Source: an uncultured Anaeroplasmataceae bacterium (lineage in GTDB: Bacteria; Bacillota_I; Bacilli_A; Acholeplasmatales; Anaeroplasmataceae). Taken from it: DNA of 64,000 bases. Within the stretch, counting starts at the first letter, position 1. Each line of letters opens with the position of its first letter. Below, one piece after another: positions 41,145 to 49,286 of this stretch. The notes below the pieces were generated by a model, which was given only the letters and a program-made list of their open reading frames with translations, made no database searches and was not told where the DNA came from. The position numbers and the translations under genes are program-made. The stretch is from assembly GCA_964441815.1 (NCBI GenBank), contig CAYTVE010000003.1:323-64322 (forward strand). The letters are read 5' to 3'.

Positions 41145-41682
41145 TTATTATATTGATGATGGTTATAGTGGTCTTAATTTTGAACGTCCAGCATTTAAGA
41201 AAATGATGCAAGACATTAGTGAAGGTAAAGTAAATTTAGTTATCACTAAAGATTTATCAAGACTTGGAAGAAATCATATTCAAACTAGTTATTATATTGA
41301 AATATTTTTTCCTGATAATGATATTAGATATATTGCAGTTAATGATAATGTTGATACACTTTATGATAATAATGATATTGCACCATTTAAAAATATCTTA
41401 AATGATATGTATGCTAAAGACACATCAAGGAAAGTTAAAACAGCTAAAAGATTATTAATGCAAAAAGGTATGTTTATGGCTGCTCAACCTCCATATGGAT
41501 ATAAAAAGGATCCTAATGATAAGAATCATTTAGTAATAGATGAAGAGGCTGCCGAAGTTGTTAGATTAATCTTTGATTTAGCACTTACTAATATTGGTGT
41601 AGTAAAGAGTACTAGAGAATTAAATAAAAGAGGTATTAAGCCTCCAAGTATTTATAAAGCTAGTAATCACATACTCGATTAA
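41053..41682 (+). pseudogene. large serine recombinase fragment (5'-truncated, frameshifted at an A7 run, 3'-truncated)
   Basis: 'MMLEKYALEHGFTIYDYYIDDGYSGLNFERPAFKKMMQDISEGKVNLVITKDLSRLGRN...IRYIAVNDNVD' is a resolvase-type catalytic domain lacking the YxRxS Ser region. Deleting one A of the run 41092-41098 joins it to the upstream frame. It stops after ~60 aa of the recombinase domain, whereas full-length relatives are several hundred aa longer. Confidence 0.75.
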
Positions 41683-41863
41683 TTAGATTACTATTTTTAG
41701 TTGATAAATCTCTATATTTACTAAATAATTTTTAATTAATTAACTTAATATAAATTAATATGATATTATTATATCCAAGGGAACGTAATAATGTCATTAT
41801 TTAAAAAATATTTAATTAAATATATTAATAATTGTGGCACTATACCGTAATATTTTTAAAATA

Positions 41864-41925
41864 AAACAAAGAAATTAATGAATTTATTGTTTAGTTATTT
41901 CTTTGTTTTTTTTATTTTAATTAGA
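41864..41925 (+). terminator. long-stem hairpin + T-run
   Basis: AAACAAAGAAAT, a 21-nt loop, ATTTCTTTGTTT, then TTTTTT. Confidence 0.55.
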
Positions 41926-41936
41926 AAAGTTATATT

Positions 41937-42254
41937 ATGAAACAAAGAAGAAATATATTTAAAAAAATTAATAAAAAGATACCAAAAGAAATAAATCATT
42001 TAATAAAAGATTTATATAACGATATAGAAATATTTTTTGTAAATTTATCAATTTATAAAGACGATAAAATATATATAGAAATGTATATGATGGTATATGC
42101 TTTAAATGGTAGATATTATACTACTGAATGTATATCTAATAAATTATATGTTGATATTAAGTTTGTAAAAAGATTTATTAATAATACAGAAAAATTCATA
42201 TTTAGATATATAAATTATAAGAATACTTATAGTATTTTAATAAAGTATATATAA
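41937..42254 (+). CDS. small hypothetical protein, possible sigma-70 region-4-like HTH
   Basis: 105 aa. 'EMYMMVYALNGRYYTTECISNKLYVDIKFVKRFINNTEKFI' has the spacing of a region-4 / LuxR-type HTH. The RBS is weak. Confidence 0.35.
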   Translation: MKQRRNIFKKINKKIPKEINHLIKDLYNDIEIFFVNLSIYKDDKIYIEMYMMVYALNGRYYTTECISNKLYVDIKFVKRFINNTEKFIFRYINYKNTYSILIKYI

Positions 42255-42303
42255 TTTACTTTAAGGTATGAGAAACTAAAACATATAACAAAGACGAGTA
42301 ATT

Positions 42304-42437
42304 GAAATTAAATATAAATTATACACTCATACAATATTTTAAGTAGATAAGCATAAATTAATAGATTATAAATGGTAATATATTTATGTTAATTTATTGT
42401 TAATCGTAGCATTATTTAAAACTAATAAATTAAATAT
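42304..42437 (+). repeat. right-hand copies of the ~95-nt repeat (A-end + B, 25-nt spacer, then a full A)
   Basis: 42304-42315 matches the last 12 nt of part A apart from its first base. 42316-42367 is part B and 42393-42437 is part A. The order here is B then A, unlike the left copy (A then B). Confidence 0.85.
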
Positions 42438-42550
42438 GATGTTAATATAAAAAAATGATTGTAGGTATATATGTAGGTACATAAAATGTAAAAAATTAAC
42501 TTTTGGTTTTACAATCATACGAAAAGAATATAATTAACCATTTGAAAAAA

Positions 42551-42578
42551 TTGAAAAATTAAAGTATCTTGTTATAGT
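42551..42578 (+). promoter_or_regulatory. sigma-A-type promoter with extended -10
   Basis: TTGAAA (42551-42556), a 16-nt spacer ending in TGT, then TATAGT (42573-42578). It would give a ~180-nt leader before ATG 42765. Confidence 0.5.
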
Positions 42579-42764
42579 GGTGGCAATGACAAATAATTGT
42601 TTGTTAGATTAACCATGGTGGGGTGTGTTCGTATAGGTGAATTTAAATACCAAATGTTTAGCAGGTTGATTGTCACTTTATATTTTACAAAACTTTAACA
42701 TTTTATTTAATTTATTTTAAAAAAAATAGTTTATACTATACTTGTCTTCAGGAGGAATAATAAT

Positions 42765-43112
42765 ATGAATGTAAATGAAAAGAAGTATGTAGAAAAAATA
42801 AAAGAACAGTATAGTGAAAAACAAACATCAAAAATCGATGAGTTACAAAAATTAGATAATAAAGTAAATTTACCTGCAATTATATTAACTTATTCTTTAG
42901 GTATTTTAGGTAGTTTAGTTTTAGGTTTTGGTATGTGTATTGCTATGAAGGTTATTTTTCAAGACTTGTTTGTGCTAGGAATAATTATTGGTATAATTGG
43001 AATTATAATGGTTTCAATAAATTATCCTTTATACAAAAAAGTATTAAATTATAGAAGAAAAAAATATAGTAACCAAATCATTGAAATTACTAATGACTTA
43101 TTAAATGAATAA
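42765..43112 (+). CDS. small 2-TM membrane protein (paralog of 45818-46201)
   Basis: 115 aa: a hydrophilic N-terminus 'KIDELQKLDNKV', two Gly-rich TMs, and a C-terminal 'RRKKYSNQIIEITNDLLNE'. RBS AGGAGGA. Confidence 0.7.
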   Translation: MNVNEKKYVEKIKEQYSEKQTSKIDELQKLDNKVNLPAIILTYSLGILGSLVLGFGMCIAMKVIFQDLFVLGIIIGIIGIIMVSINYPLYKKVLNYRRKKYSNQIIEITNDLLNE

Positions 43113-43182
43113 TAAAACTCCATCTAAATGATGGAATTTTTCTTTTCTTTATTGTATAATTGTTGTAGATTGGAGCGGTTTT

Positions 43183-44154
43183 ATGAATATAATAAAAAAA
43201 TATAGAGCACTAAGCTTTGAGGATAGAACAATTTTTAATGCTAGATTTTCTATTATGTTTAATATAGGATTAGCTATTGGTAAAATAATATTTGGTATAT
43301 TATTTAATTTTATGTTTCTAATTACAGCTATTGTAAATATATGTTTGATGTTATCTAGATTAGAGTGTTATTTAGGTGTTAAATCAACTAAAAGAAGTTT
43401 TAAATTCCGTAATAATTTTGTTGGAACAGTTTTGATTTTAGCGGGACTCCAATATACAATATATATGTTATTTTTATTGTTTTCAAAGTTTGAAACTAGA
43501 ACCTATACAGAAATTGTGGCTATTATGATAGCTGCAGTTTCATTTGTCGAACTTGTTGTAGCAATTAAAGGCTGTTTTAATTCTTATGGTAAAGGTCATT
43601 ATTATAGAAATATTAAAATGACAAATTTGTGTTCAGCTTTTACAGCTATAGCTTTGACAGAATCTACTTTAATGAGTTTAGGTGATGGCAGTAATAATTT
43701 GTTAGTTAATTGTAGTTTTGGCGTTGTTGTAGGGATTATTATCATTCTTATTGGAATATATGTATTTATAGCTCCTATGGTAAGTATAGTTGATAGAACT
43801 CATAACGTATATCAAACAACTGATGATTCAAATTTTATTGAAAATAAAGTGTATTTGAAACTTACAAATTCTAAATTTTTTGGTAATTATTATTATGAAG
43901 CTTGTAATATTTCAGGGATTATTGACGGAAATATAGTAAAAGAAAAAAATCCATTATTTAGTTTAAATATTTTTTATAAGATAATAATTATAATTTTATC
44001 TGAAATATTAATATTTCCTTATGCTGTAGGTGCAATTATATTTCATTTTAAAAATGCAACATTAATAAAAAAATTAGATAATTTGATGATTGAAAATGGT
44101 TGTATCAAATTATTAGAGGAGGAATGCTTAAATGAATCAAGTATTAGTTGTTGA
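43183..44154 (+). CDS. multi-pass membrane protein of unknown family
   Basis: 323 aa with about 6 N-terminal TMs, a ~60-aa soluble insert, one more TM and a short C-terminal tail. Its 3' end overlaps the response-regulator gene by 23 nt. Confidence 0.6.
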   Translation: MNIIKKYRALSFEDRTIFNARFSIMFNIGLAIGKIIFGILFNFMFLITAIVNICLMLSRLECYLGVKSTKRSFKFRNNFVGTVLILAGLQYTIYMLFLLFSKFETRTYTEIVAIMIAAVSFVELVVAIKGCFNSYGKGHYYRNIKMTNLCSAFTAIALTESTLMSLGDGSNNLLVNCSFGVVVGIIIILIGIYVFIAPMVSIVDRTHNVYQTTDDSNFIENKVYLKLTNSKFFGNYYYEACNISGIIDGNIVKEKNPLFSLNIFYKIIIIILSEILIFPYAVGAIIFHFKNATLIKKLDNLMIENGCIKLLEEECLNESSISC

Positions 44155-44803
44155 AGATGATATAGATTTAAACCAAGTTATCTCTAGATATTTAAAATCA
44201 CAAGGATATACTGTATTATCCGCAAACAATGGATTAGATGCATTAAATTATTTTTATGAAAATAAAGTCGATATAGTTTTAACAGATGTTATGATGCCTT
44301 TATGTGATGGTTTTGAACTTGCAAGTACAATTAGAGATAAAGATGAAGTTTTACCCATTATTTTTATGTCAGCAAGAGATGATAAACCCACTAAACAAAA
44401 GGGGTATAAGTTAGGTATTGATGATTATATAACCAAACCTTTTGATTTAGAAGAATTAGGTTTTAAAATCAAAGCTCTTTTAAGAAGATTATCAATAGAA
44501 CAAAAGAAGGAATTATGTATTGGTAATTTTATAATGAATGAAGAAGAACATACAGCAACGATTGATGGAAAAGAAATTAATTTGTCTGTTCGCGAATTTG
44601 ACATTTTATTTCATTTGCTTTCAAATCCGAAAAAAATATTTACTCGTTCAACTTTAATGGAACAGTTTTGGGATTATGATTCATCAACAACATCAAGAAC
44701 TGTAGATGTTCATTTATCTAAATTAAGAGAAAAAACAAAAGATTGTAATGGTTTTGAAATAGAAACTGTTCATGGCTTAGGGTATAAGGTTGTTTTAAAA
44801 TGA
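44132..44803 (+). CDS. OmpR/PhoB-family response regulator
   Basis: Receiver domain 'VLVVEDD', 'DIVLTDVMMP', 'DDYITKPF'. Winged-helix output 'TVDVHLSKLREK...VHGLGYK'. RBS GAGGAGGA. Confidence 0.92.
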   Translation: MNQVLVVEDDIDLNQVISRYLKSQGYTVLSANNGLDALNYFYENKVDIVLTDVMMPLCDGFELASTIRDKDEVLPIIFMSARDDKPTKQKGYKLGIDDYITKPFDLEELGFKIKALLRRLSIEQKKELCIGNFIMNEEEHTATIDGKEINLSVREFDILFHLLSNPKKIFTRSTLMEQFWDYDSSTTSRTVDVHLSKLREKTKDCNGFEIETVHGLGYKVVLK

Positions 44804-45828
44804 AAAAGAATAATTCATTATTTAGTTTTATAGTTGTTTTTATTACATTTACATTAAACACATCATTAGGGATTATTTTTTATTCGCTTTTAGCTGACAA
44901 AAATGATTCTATTGTGGCTGTTTGTATTTTAGTTTATATAATATCATCGTCACTTATTTGTGTTATGATTGATTACGTTAGAAGAAAATGCTTTGAACAA
45001 AATCCTTTAAAAGAAATATTAGATGCTACTAAAAAGATGTCTAGTGGTGACTTTAACATTGATTTAGAAATAAAACATAATAAATTGAATACTTACGATA
45101 TTATAAAACAAGATTTAAATATACTTGCGTCAGAATTATCAAAAAATGAAGTATTAAAAACAGATTTTATTTCTAATGTTTCTCATGAAATAAAAACCCC
45201 ACTTGCAATTATTAAAAATTATACTGAAATACTTATGGATGATAATTTGGATAAAGAAACAAAACATAAGTATTTAGAAATAGTAAATGATAATTGTAAA
45301 AGACTTTCTAATTTAGTATCTAATATTTTAAAATTAAATAAATTAGAAAATGGAAGCGTAATCACTAAATTTGAAAACTTTAATTTAACATCTTCAGTGG
45401 CCGAACAAATTATATCTTATACAAATTTAATTGACAAAAAACAAATTGAATTAATTTGTAATTTAGAAGAAGATGTTCATATAAATAGTGAAGAAAGTTA
45501 TTTAGAAATTGTTTGGGCCAATTTATTATCTAATGCTATAAAATTTACCGATATTAAAGGTAGAATTGAAATAACTTTAAAAAAAGAAAACAAATTTATT
45601 TATTTTATTATTAAAGATAATGGATGCGGAATGGATAGTAAAGAAGGTAAATATATATTTGATAAATTTTATCAAGCAGAGACTTCACACTTTAAAGAAG
45701 GTAATGGGTTAGGACTTGCATTAGTAAAAAAAGTTATTGATATTTTAGGTGGTAAAATAACAGTAGAAAGTGAAAAAAATGTTGGAACTAAATTTTGCGT
45801 AATTTTGGAGGATTCGTATGGCAGATAA
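44800..45828 (+). CDS. sensor histidine kinase, intramembrane-sensing type
   Basis: Two TMs are separated by only 'ADKNDS'. A HAMP-like linker follows. H-box 'SHEIKTPLA', N-box 'LLSNAIKFT', G1 'DNGCGM', G2 'GNGLGLALV'. ATGA overlap with the regulator gene. Confidence 0.9.
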   Translation: MKKNNSLFSFIVVFITFTLNTSLGIIFYSLLADKNDSIVAVCILVYIISSSLICVMIDYVRRKCFEQNPLKEILDATKKMSSGDFNIDLEIKHNKLNTYDIIKQDLNILASELSKNEVLKTDFISNVSHEIKTPLAIIKNYTEILMDDNLDKETKHKYLEIVNDNCKRLSNLVSNILKLNKLENGSVITKFENFNLTSSVAEQIISYTNLIDKKQIELICNLEEDVHINSEESYLEIVWANLLSNAIKFTDIKGRIEITLKKENKFIYFIIKDNGCGMDSKEGKYIFDKFYQAETSHFKEGNGLGLALVKKVIDILGGKITVESEKNVGTKFCVILEDSYGR

Positions 45829-46201
45829 ATTTGAATTTGAATATCAAGCTCCAACTTTGGAACAAAAAAAAGAAATTCAAAATATTCAAAGAAAATATTT
45901 AAATCAAAATTCTAACAATGAGAAAATAAATAGATTAAAAAAATTAGATCAAAAGGTAAAGAGTATACCTGAAGCAATAGGAATAAGCCAAGGTGTGATA
46001 GGTGTTTTAATATTTGGTACAGGACTTACTTGTATACTAGAGTGGAATATGTATATATTAGGAATAATTATAATGATTATTGGTACATTGTTAATTATTT
46101 CAGCAAATTTTCTTTATAATATTATTAAAAATAAATTAATAAATAAATATAAAGATGAGATATTATCAATATCAAATGAATTATTGAAAGATAATAAATA
46201 A
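45818..46201 (+). CDS. small 2-TM membrane protein (paralog of 42765-43112)
   Basis: 127 aa: 'KINRLKKLDQKV', two Gly-rich TMs including 'LGIIIMIIG', and a C-terminal 'NKYKDEILSISNELLKDNK'. It overlaps the kinase gene end by 11 nt. RBS GGAGGA. Confidence 0.7.
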   Translation: MADKFEFEYQAPTLEQKKEIQNIQRKYLNQNSNNEKINRLKKLDQKVKSIPEAIGISQGVIGVLIFGTGLTCILEWNMYILGIIIMIIGTLLIISANFLYNIIKNKLINKYKDEILSISNELLKDNK

Positions 46202-46333
46202 CATAATTTTCCATAATTTTACGATATTATAACTGAAATTATTTACTATATAGTTGTCTTTAAAAGACGTATCTATCTAAATATCCCTACATAGATAGAA
46301 ACTTTTTTCATAAGCAAACTATAACTCTCCCCG

Positions 46334-46370
46334 GAATAAGAGGCAACATTGTTGCCTCTTATTCATTTAT
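46334..46370. terminator. strong hairpin terminator
   Basis: GAATAAGAGGCAAC-ATT-GTTGCCTCTTATTC (14 bp), followed by ATTTAT. Confidence 0.65.
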
Positions 46371-46454
46371 ATAGATTTTAAATTCAATAATAAAAAAATA
46401 GTGAAAAAATATTATCTTTGTAGTATAATAAAAAAAGATTAGGAGTTGATAGTT

Positions 46455-48368
46455 ATGGATAAAAAATTTTATTTAACTACCGCGATAGCATATACTTCAT
46501 CAAAACCACACATAGGTAATGTTTATGAGGCTATTTTAGCTGATGCTATTGTTAGATATAAAAAGAAATGCGGATATGATACATATTTTCAAACAGGTAC
46601 AGATGAGCATGGTCAAAAAATTCAATTAAAAGCCGAATCTACAGGCATTACACCTAAAGAATATGTTGATAATATTTCAAACGAAATTAAAAGAACGTAT
46701 AAATTAGTTGATGTTAATTATGATAATTTTGTTAGAACAACAGATAAATATCACGAAAAAGAAGTTGCAAAAGTTTTTGAAAAACTATATAAAAAAGGTG
46801 ACATTTATAAAGGTACTTACGAAGGTAATTATTGTGTTGATTGTGAATCATATTTTACTAGTAAAGATTTAATTGACGGATGTTGTCCTGATTGTGGAGC
46901 TAAAGTACAAATAATGAAAGAAGAAGCTTATTTCTTTAGATTAGCTCCATACCAAGAAAGATTAATTAAATATATTAATGATCATCCGGATTTTATTCAA
47001 CCAGAATCAAGAAAAAATGAAATGCTTAATAACTTTTTAAGCAATCCTCTTCCAGATTTATGTGTTTCAAGAACATCATATACTTGGGGAATTCCTGTTC
47101 ATTTTGATTCTAAACATGTAATATATGTTTGGATAGATGCTCTATTAAATTATATTACAGGTATTGGTTATCATAACGATGAAGAATGTGATGATTTGTA
47201 TAAGAAATATTGGCCTTGTGATATTCATTTGATTGGTAAAGACATATTAAGATTTCATACAATTTATTGGCCTATTATGTTAATGGCTTTAGATTTACCA
47301 TTACCAAAACAAATATTTGGTCACCCTTGGGTATTAATGAATCATAATAAAATGTCAAAATCAAAAGGGAATGTAATATATACAGATGATTTAGTTAATA
47401 TATTTGGTGTTGATGCTGTTAGATATTACGTGTTACACGAAATACCATTTGCATCTGATGGCAACATTACATACGAACTTGTTTGTGAAAAGAATAATTC
47501 TGATTTAGCTAATACATATGGCAATTTAGTTAATAGAACTATGGCAATGGCTCAAAAATATTTTGGAGGCAAAATAAGTGTTGGTAAAAATTCTTTATTT
47601 GATAAGGATCTAGAAAGTTTAATATCTAAAACAGTTAATGAATATTCTGAATTAATGGATAAATTTAGAGTTGCAGATTCTATTGATTCTATACTTTGTT
47701 TATTAAGAGCTTCTAATAAATATATTGATGATACAGCTCCTTGGATTCTTGCCAAAGATGAAAGCAAAAAAGAAATATTAGAAGGTGTGTTATATCATTT
47801 ATTTGAGGTGATAAGAATTTCTACAATTTTATTAGAGCCTATTATGCCAGGAACTTCTAAAAATGTTTATAATCAAATAAATACTAAATTAACTGATTTT
47901 GATGATTTAGTATTTGGTAAGCAAAATAAATATGATATAAATGAGTCATCTGTTTTATTTAAAAGACTTGATGTCAATAAAGATGTATTAGATATTGTTT
48001 TAGTTAAAGAAGAACAAAAAGAAGTTAAGAATAAAACAATATCTAAACCAGAGATAACTATTGAAGATTTTGACAAAATAGATTTAGGGGTAGGTAAAAT
48101 AATAGAAGCTAAAAAGCATCCTAAAGCTGATAAATTATTAGTATTTAAAGTTGATTTAGGTGATGAAGTTAGACAAATAGTTTCAGGTATAGCTAAATAT
48201 TATGAACCTAGTGGTCTTATTGGTAAAAAAGTGGTAGTAGTCAAAAATTTAAAACCAATTATTCTTCGTGGTGAAGAATCATATGGTATGTTATTATGCG
48301 CTTCTAATGAAAAAGAATTAGAATTATTAAATGTTTCAACTTTAGAACCAGGAGATAAAATAAGTTAA
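46455..48368 (+). CDS. metG: methionine--tRNA ligase (with C-terminal tRNA-binding/EMAP-like domain)
   Basis: 'KPHIGN' (HIGH), Zn knuckles 'CVDCESY...CPDCG', 'KMSKS', and a C-terminal 'KHPKADKLLVFKVDLGDEVRQIVSGI'. ATG 46455 lies 9 nt after AGGAG. Confidence 0.95.
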   Translation: MDKKFYLTTAIAYTSSKPHIGNVYEAILADAIVRYKKKCGYDTYFQTGTDEHGQKIQLKAESTGITPKEYVDNISNEIKRTYKLVDVNYDNFVRTTDKYHEKEVAKVFEKLYKKGDIYKGTYEGNYCVDCESYFTSKDLIDGCCPDCGAKVQIMKEEAYFFRLAPYQERLIKYINDHPDFIQPESRKNEMLNNFLSNPLPDLCVSRTSYTWGIPVHFDSKHVIYVWIDALLNYITGIGYHNDEECDDLYKKYWPCDIHLIGKDILRFHTIYWPIMLMALDLPLPKQIFGHPWVLMNHNKMSKSKGNVIYTDDLVNIFGVDAVRYYVLHEIPFASDGNITYELVCEKNNSDLANTYGNLVNRTMAMAQKYFGGKISVGKNSLFDKDLESLISKTVNEYSELMDKFRVADSIDSILCLLRASNKYIDDTAPWILAKDESKKEILEGVLYHLFEVIRISTILLEPIMPGTSKNVYNQINTKLTDFDDLVFGKQNKYDINESSVLFKRLDVNKDVLDIVLVKEEQKEVKNKTISKPEITIEDFDKIDLGVGKIIEAKKHPKADKLLVFKVDLGDEVRQIVSGIAKYYEPSGLIGKKVVVVKNLKPIILRGEESYGMLLCASNEKELELLNVSTLEPGDKIS

Positions 48369-48369
48369 A

Positions 48370-49251
48370 ATGAAAAAAGGACAGCTATACGAAGATATAT
48401 TTCGTATAATAATAGTTATATTTTGCTCGACATTATATTCATTAGCTGTTATTTGGTTTTTAGAACCTGCTAATCTTGTTTCTGTCGGTGTAACTGCAGT
48501 AGCTCAATTATTCAATAGGTTATTTAATAATTTAGGAGTTACTATTCCTATTGGCGTTTTTAGTTTAATTATAAATATTCCATTATGTATTTATGGGATA
48601 AAAAATGTCTCATTTAGATTTGTACTTTATTCAGTTTTATCTGTTTTAGTTCAATCATTTTGGTTGATGGGATGGGATTGGATAAAAATTGATTTTGGCA
48701 TTAACCCTAATGATAAATTCTTTTTAGGAGTTATTGCTGGACTTATTTGTGGTTGTTCTATAGGTATATCATTAAGATATGGAACATCTACAGGTGGTGT
48801 AGATATAATTGCTCAAGCTTTATCTTTTAAAAAAAATATATCTATAGGTATGTTTTCTACAGGAGTTAATATTTTGCTAGCGGTTATTGCTGGAGGATTT
48901 ATTGAAAAATCTTGGGACATAACATTATATACATTTATATTTATAATTGTTACTAATTTAGTTGTTGATAAGATTCATACTTCATACAATTGTTTAAGAA
49001 TTGACGTTATTTCAGTTCACAGTGATGAAATATCTAAAGCGTTATTAGATGGTATAAAAAGAGGGTGTACAATCACAACAGTTAATGGAGCATATACAAA
49101 AGAAGTAAAATATGATATTTTTATGATTATTTCTTCTTATGAACTTGCTAAAGCTACAGAAATAATAAAAAATACAGACCCAGATGCTTTTGTTACAGTA
49201 TCACCAATAAAAAGAATTTATGGTAAGTTTTTTAAACATACAATTGCGTAA
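48370..49251 (+). CDS. YitT-family membrane protein (with DUF2179 C-terminal domain)
   Basis: 293 aa with 5-6 TMs ('GTSTGGVDIIAQ'), then a soluble C-terminus 'ISKALLDGIKRGCTITTVNGAYT...DPDAFVTVSP'. Confidence 0.8.
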   Translation: MKKGQLYEDIFRIIIVIFCSTLYSLAVIWFLEPANLVSVGVTAVAQLFNRLFNNLGVTIPIGVFSLIINIPLCIYGIKNVSFRFVLYSVLSVLVQSFWLMGWDWIKIDFGINPNDKFFLGVIAGLICGCSIGISLRYGTSTGGVDIIAQALSFKKNISIGMFSTGVNILLAVIAGGFIEKSWDITLYTFIFIIVTNLVVDKIHTSYNCLRIDVISVHSDEISKALLDGIKRGCTITTVNGAYTKEVKYDIFMIISSYELAKATEIIKNTDPDAFVTVSPIKRIYGKFFKHTIA

Positions 49252-49253
49252 AA

Positions 49254-49286
49254 AAGAGATAATGACAAGTTATCTCTTTTCTTTTT
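49254..49286. terminator. bidirectional terminator
   Basis: AAGAGATAA-TGACAAG-TTATCTCTT with T-runs on both strands. Confidence 0.7.

Larger units (their letters stand above)
34538..42437. mobile_element. decayed genomic island / mobile-element remnant bracketed by direct repeats
   Basis: Direct repeats at both ends. The content is accessory-type: a holin-like gene, an NTase fusion, a frameshifted RHS gene, tRNA-3'-like repeats, an AlbA_2 regulator and a truncated, frameshifted serine recombinase. Confidence 0.5.

Noticed and set aside
46202-46454. T-box or other leader upstream of metG.
   Set aside because: No GGTGGTACC-type T-box sequence was found on either strand. The hairpins present (46268-46297 and 46334-46364) are best read as terminators of the upstream operon.
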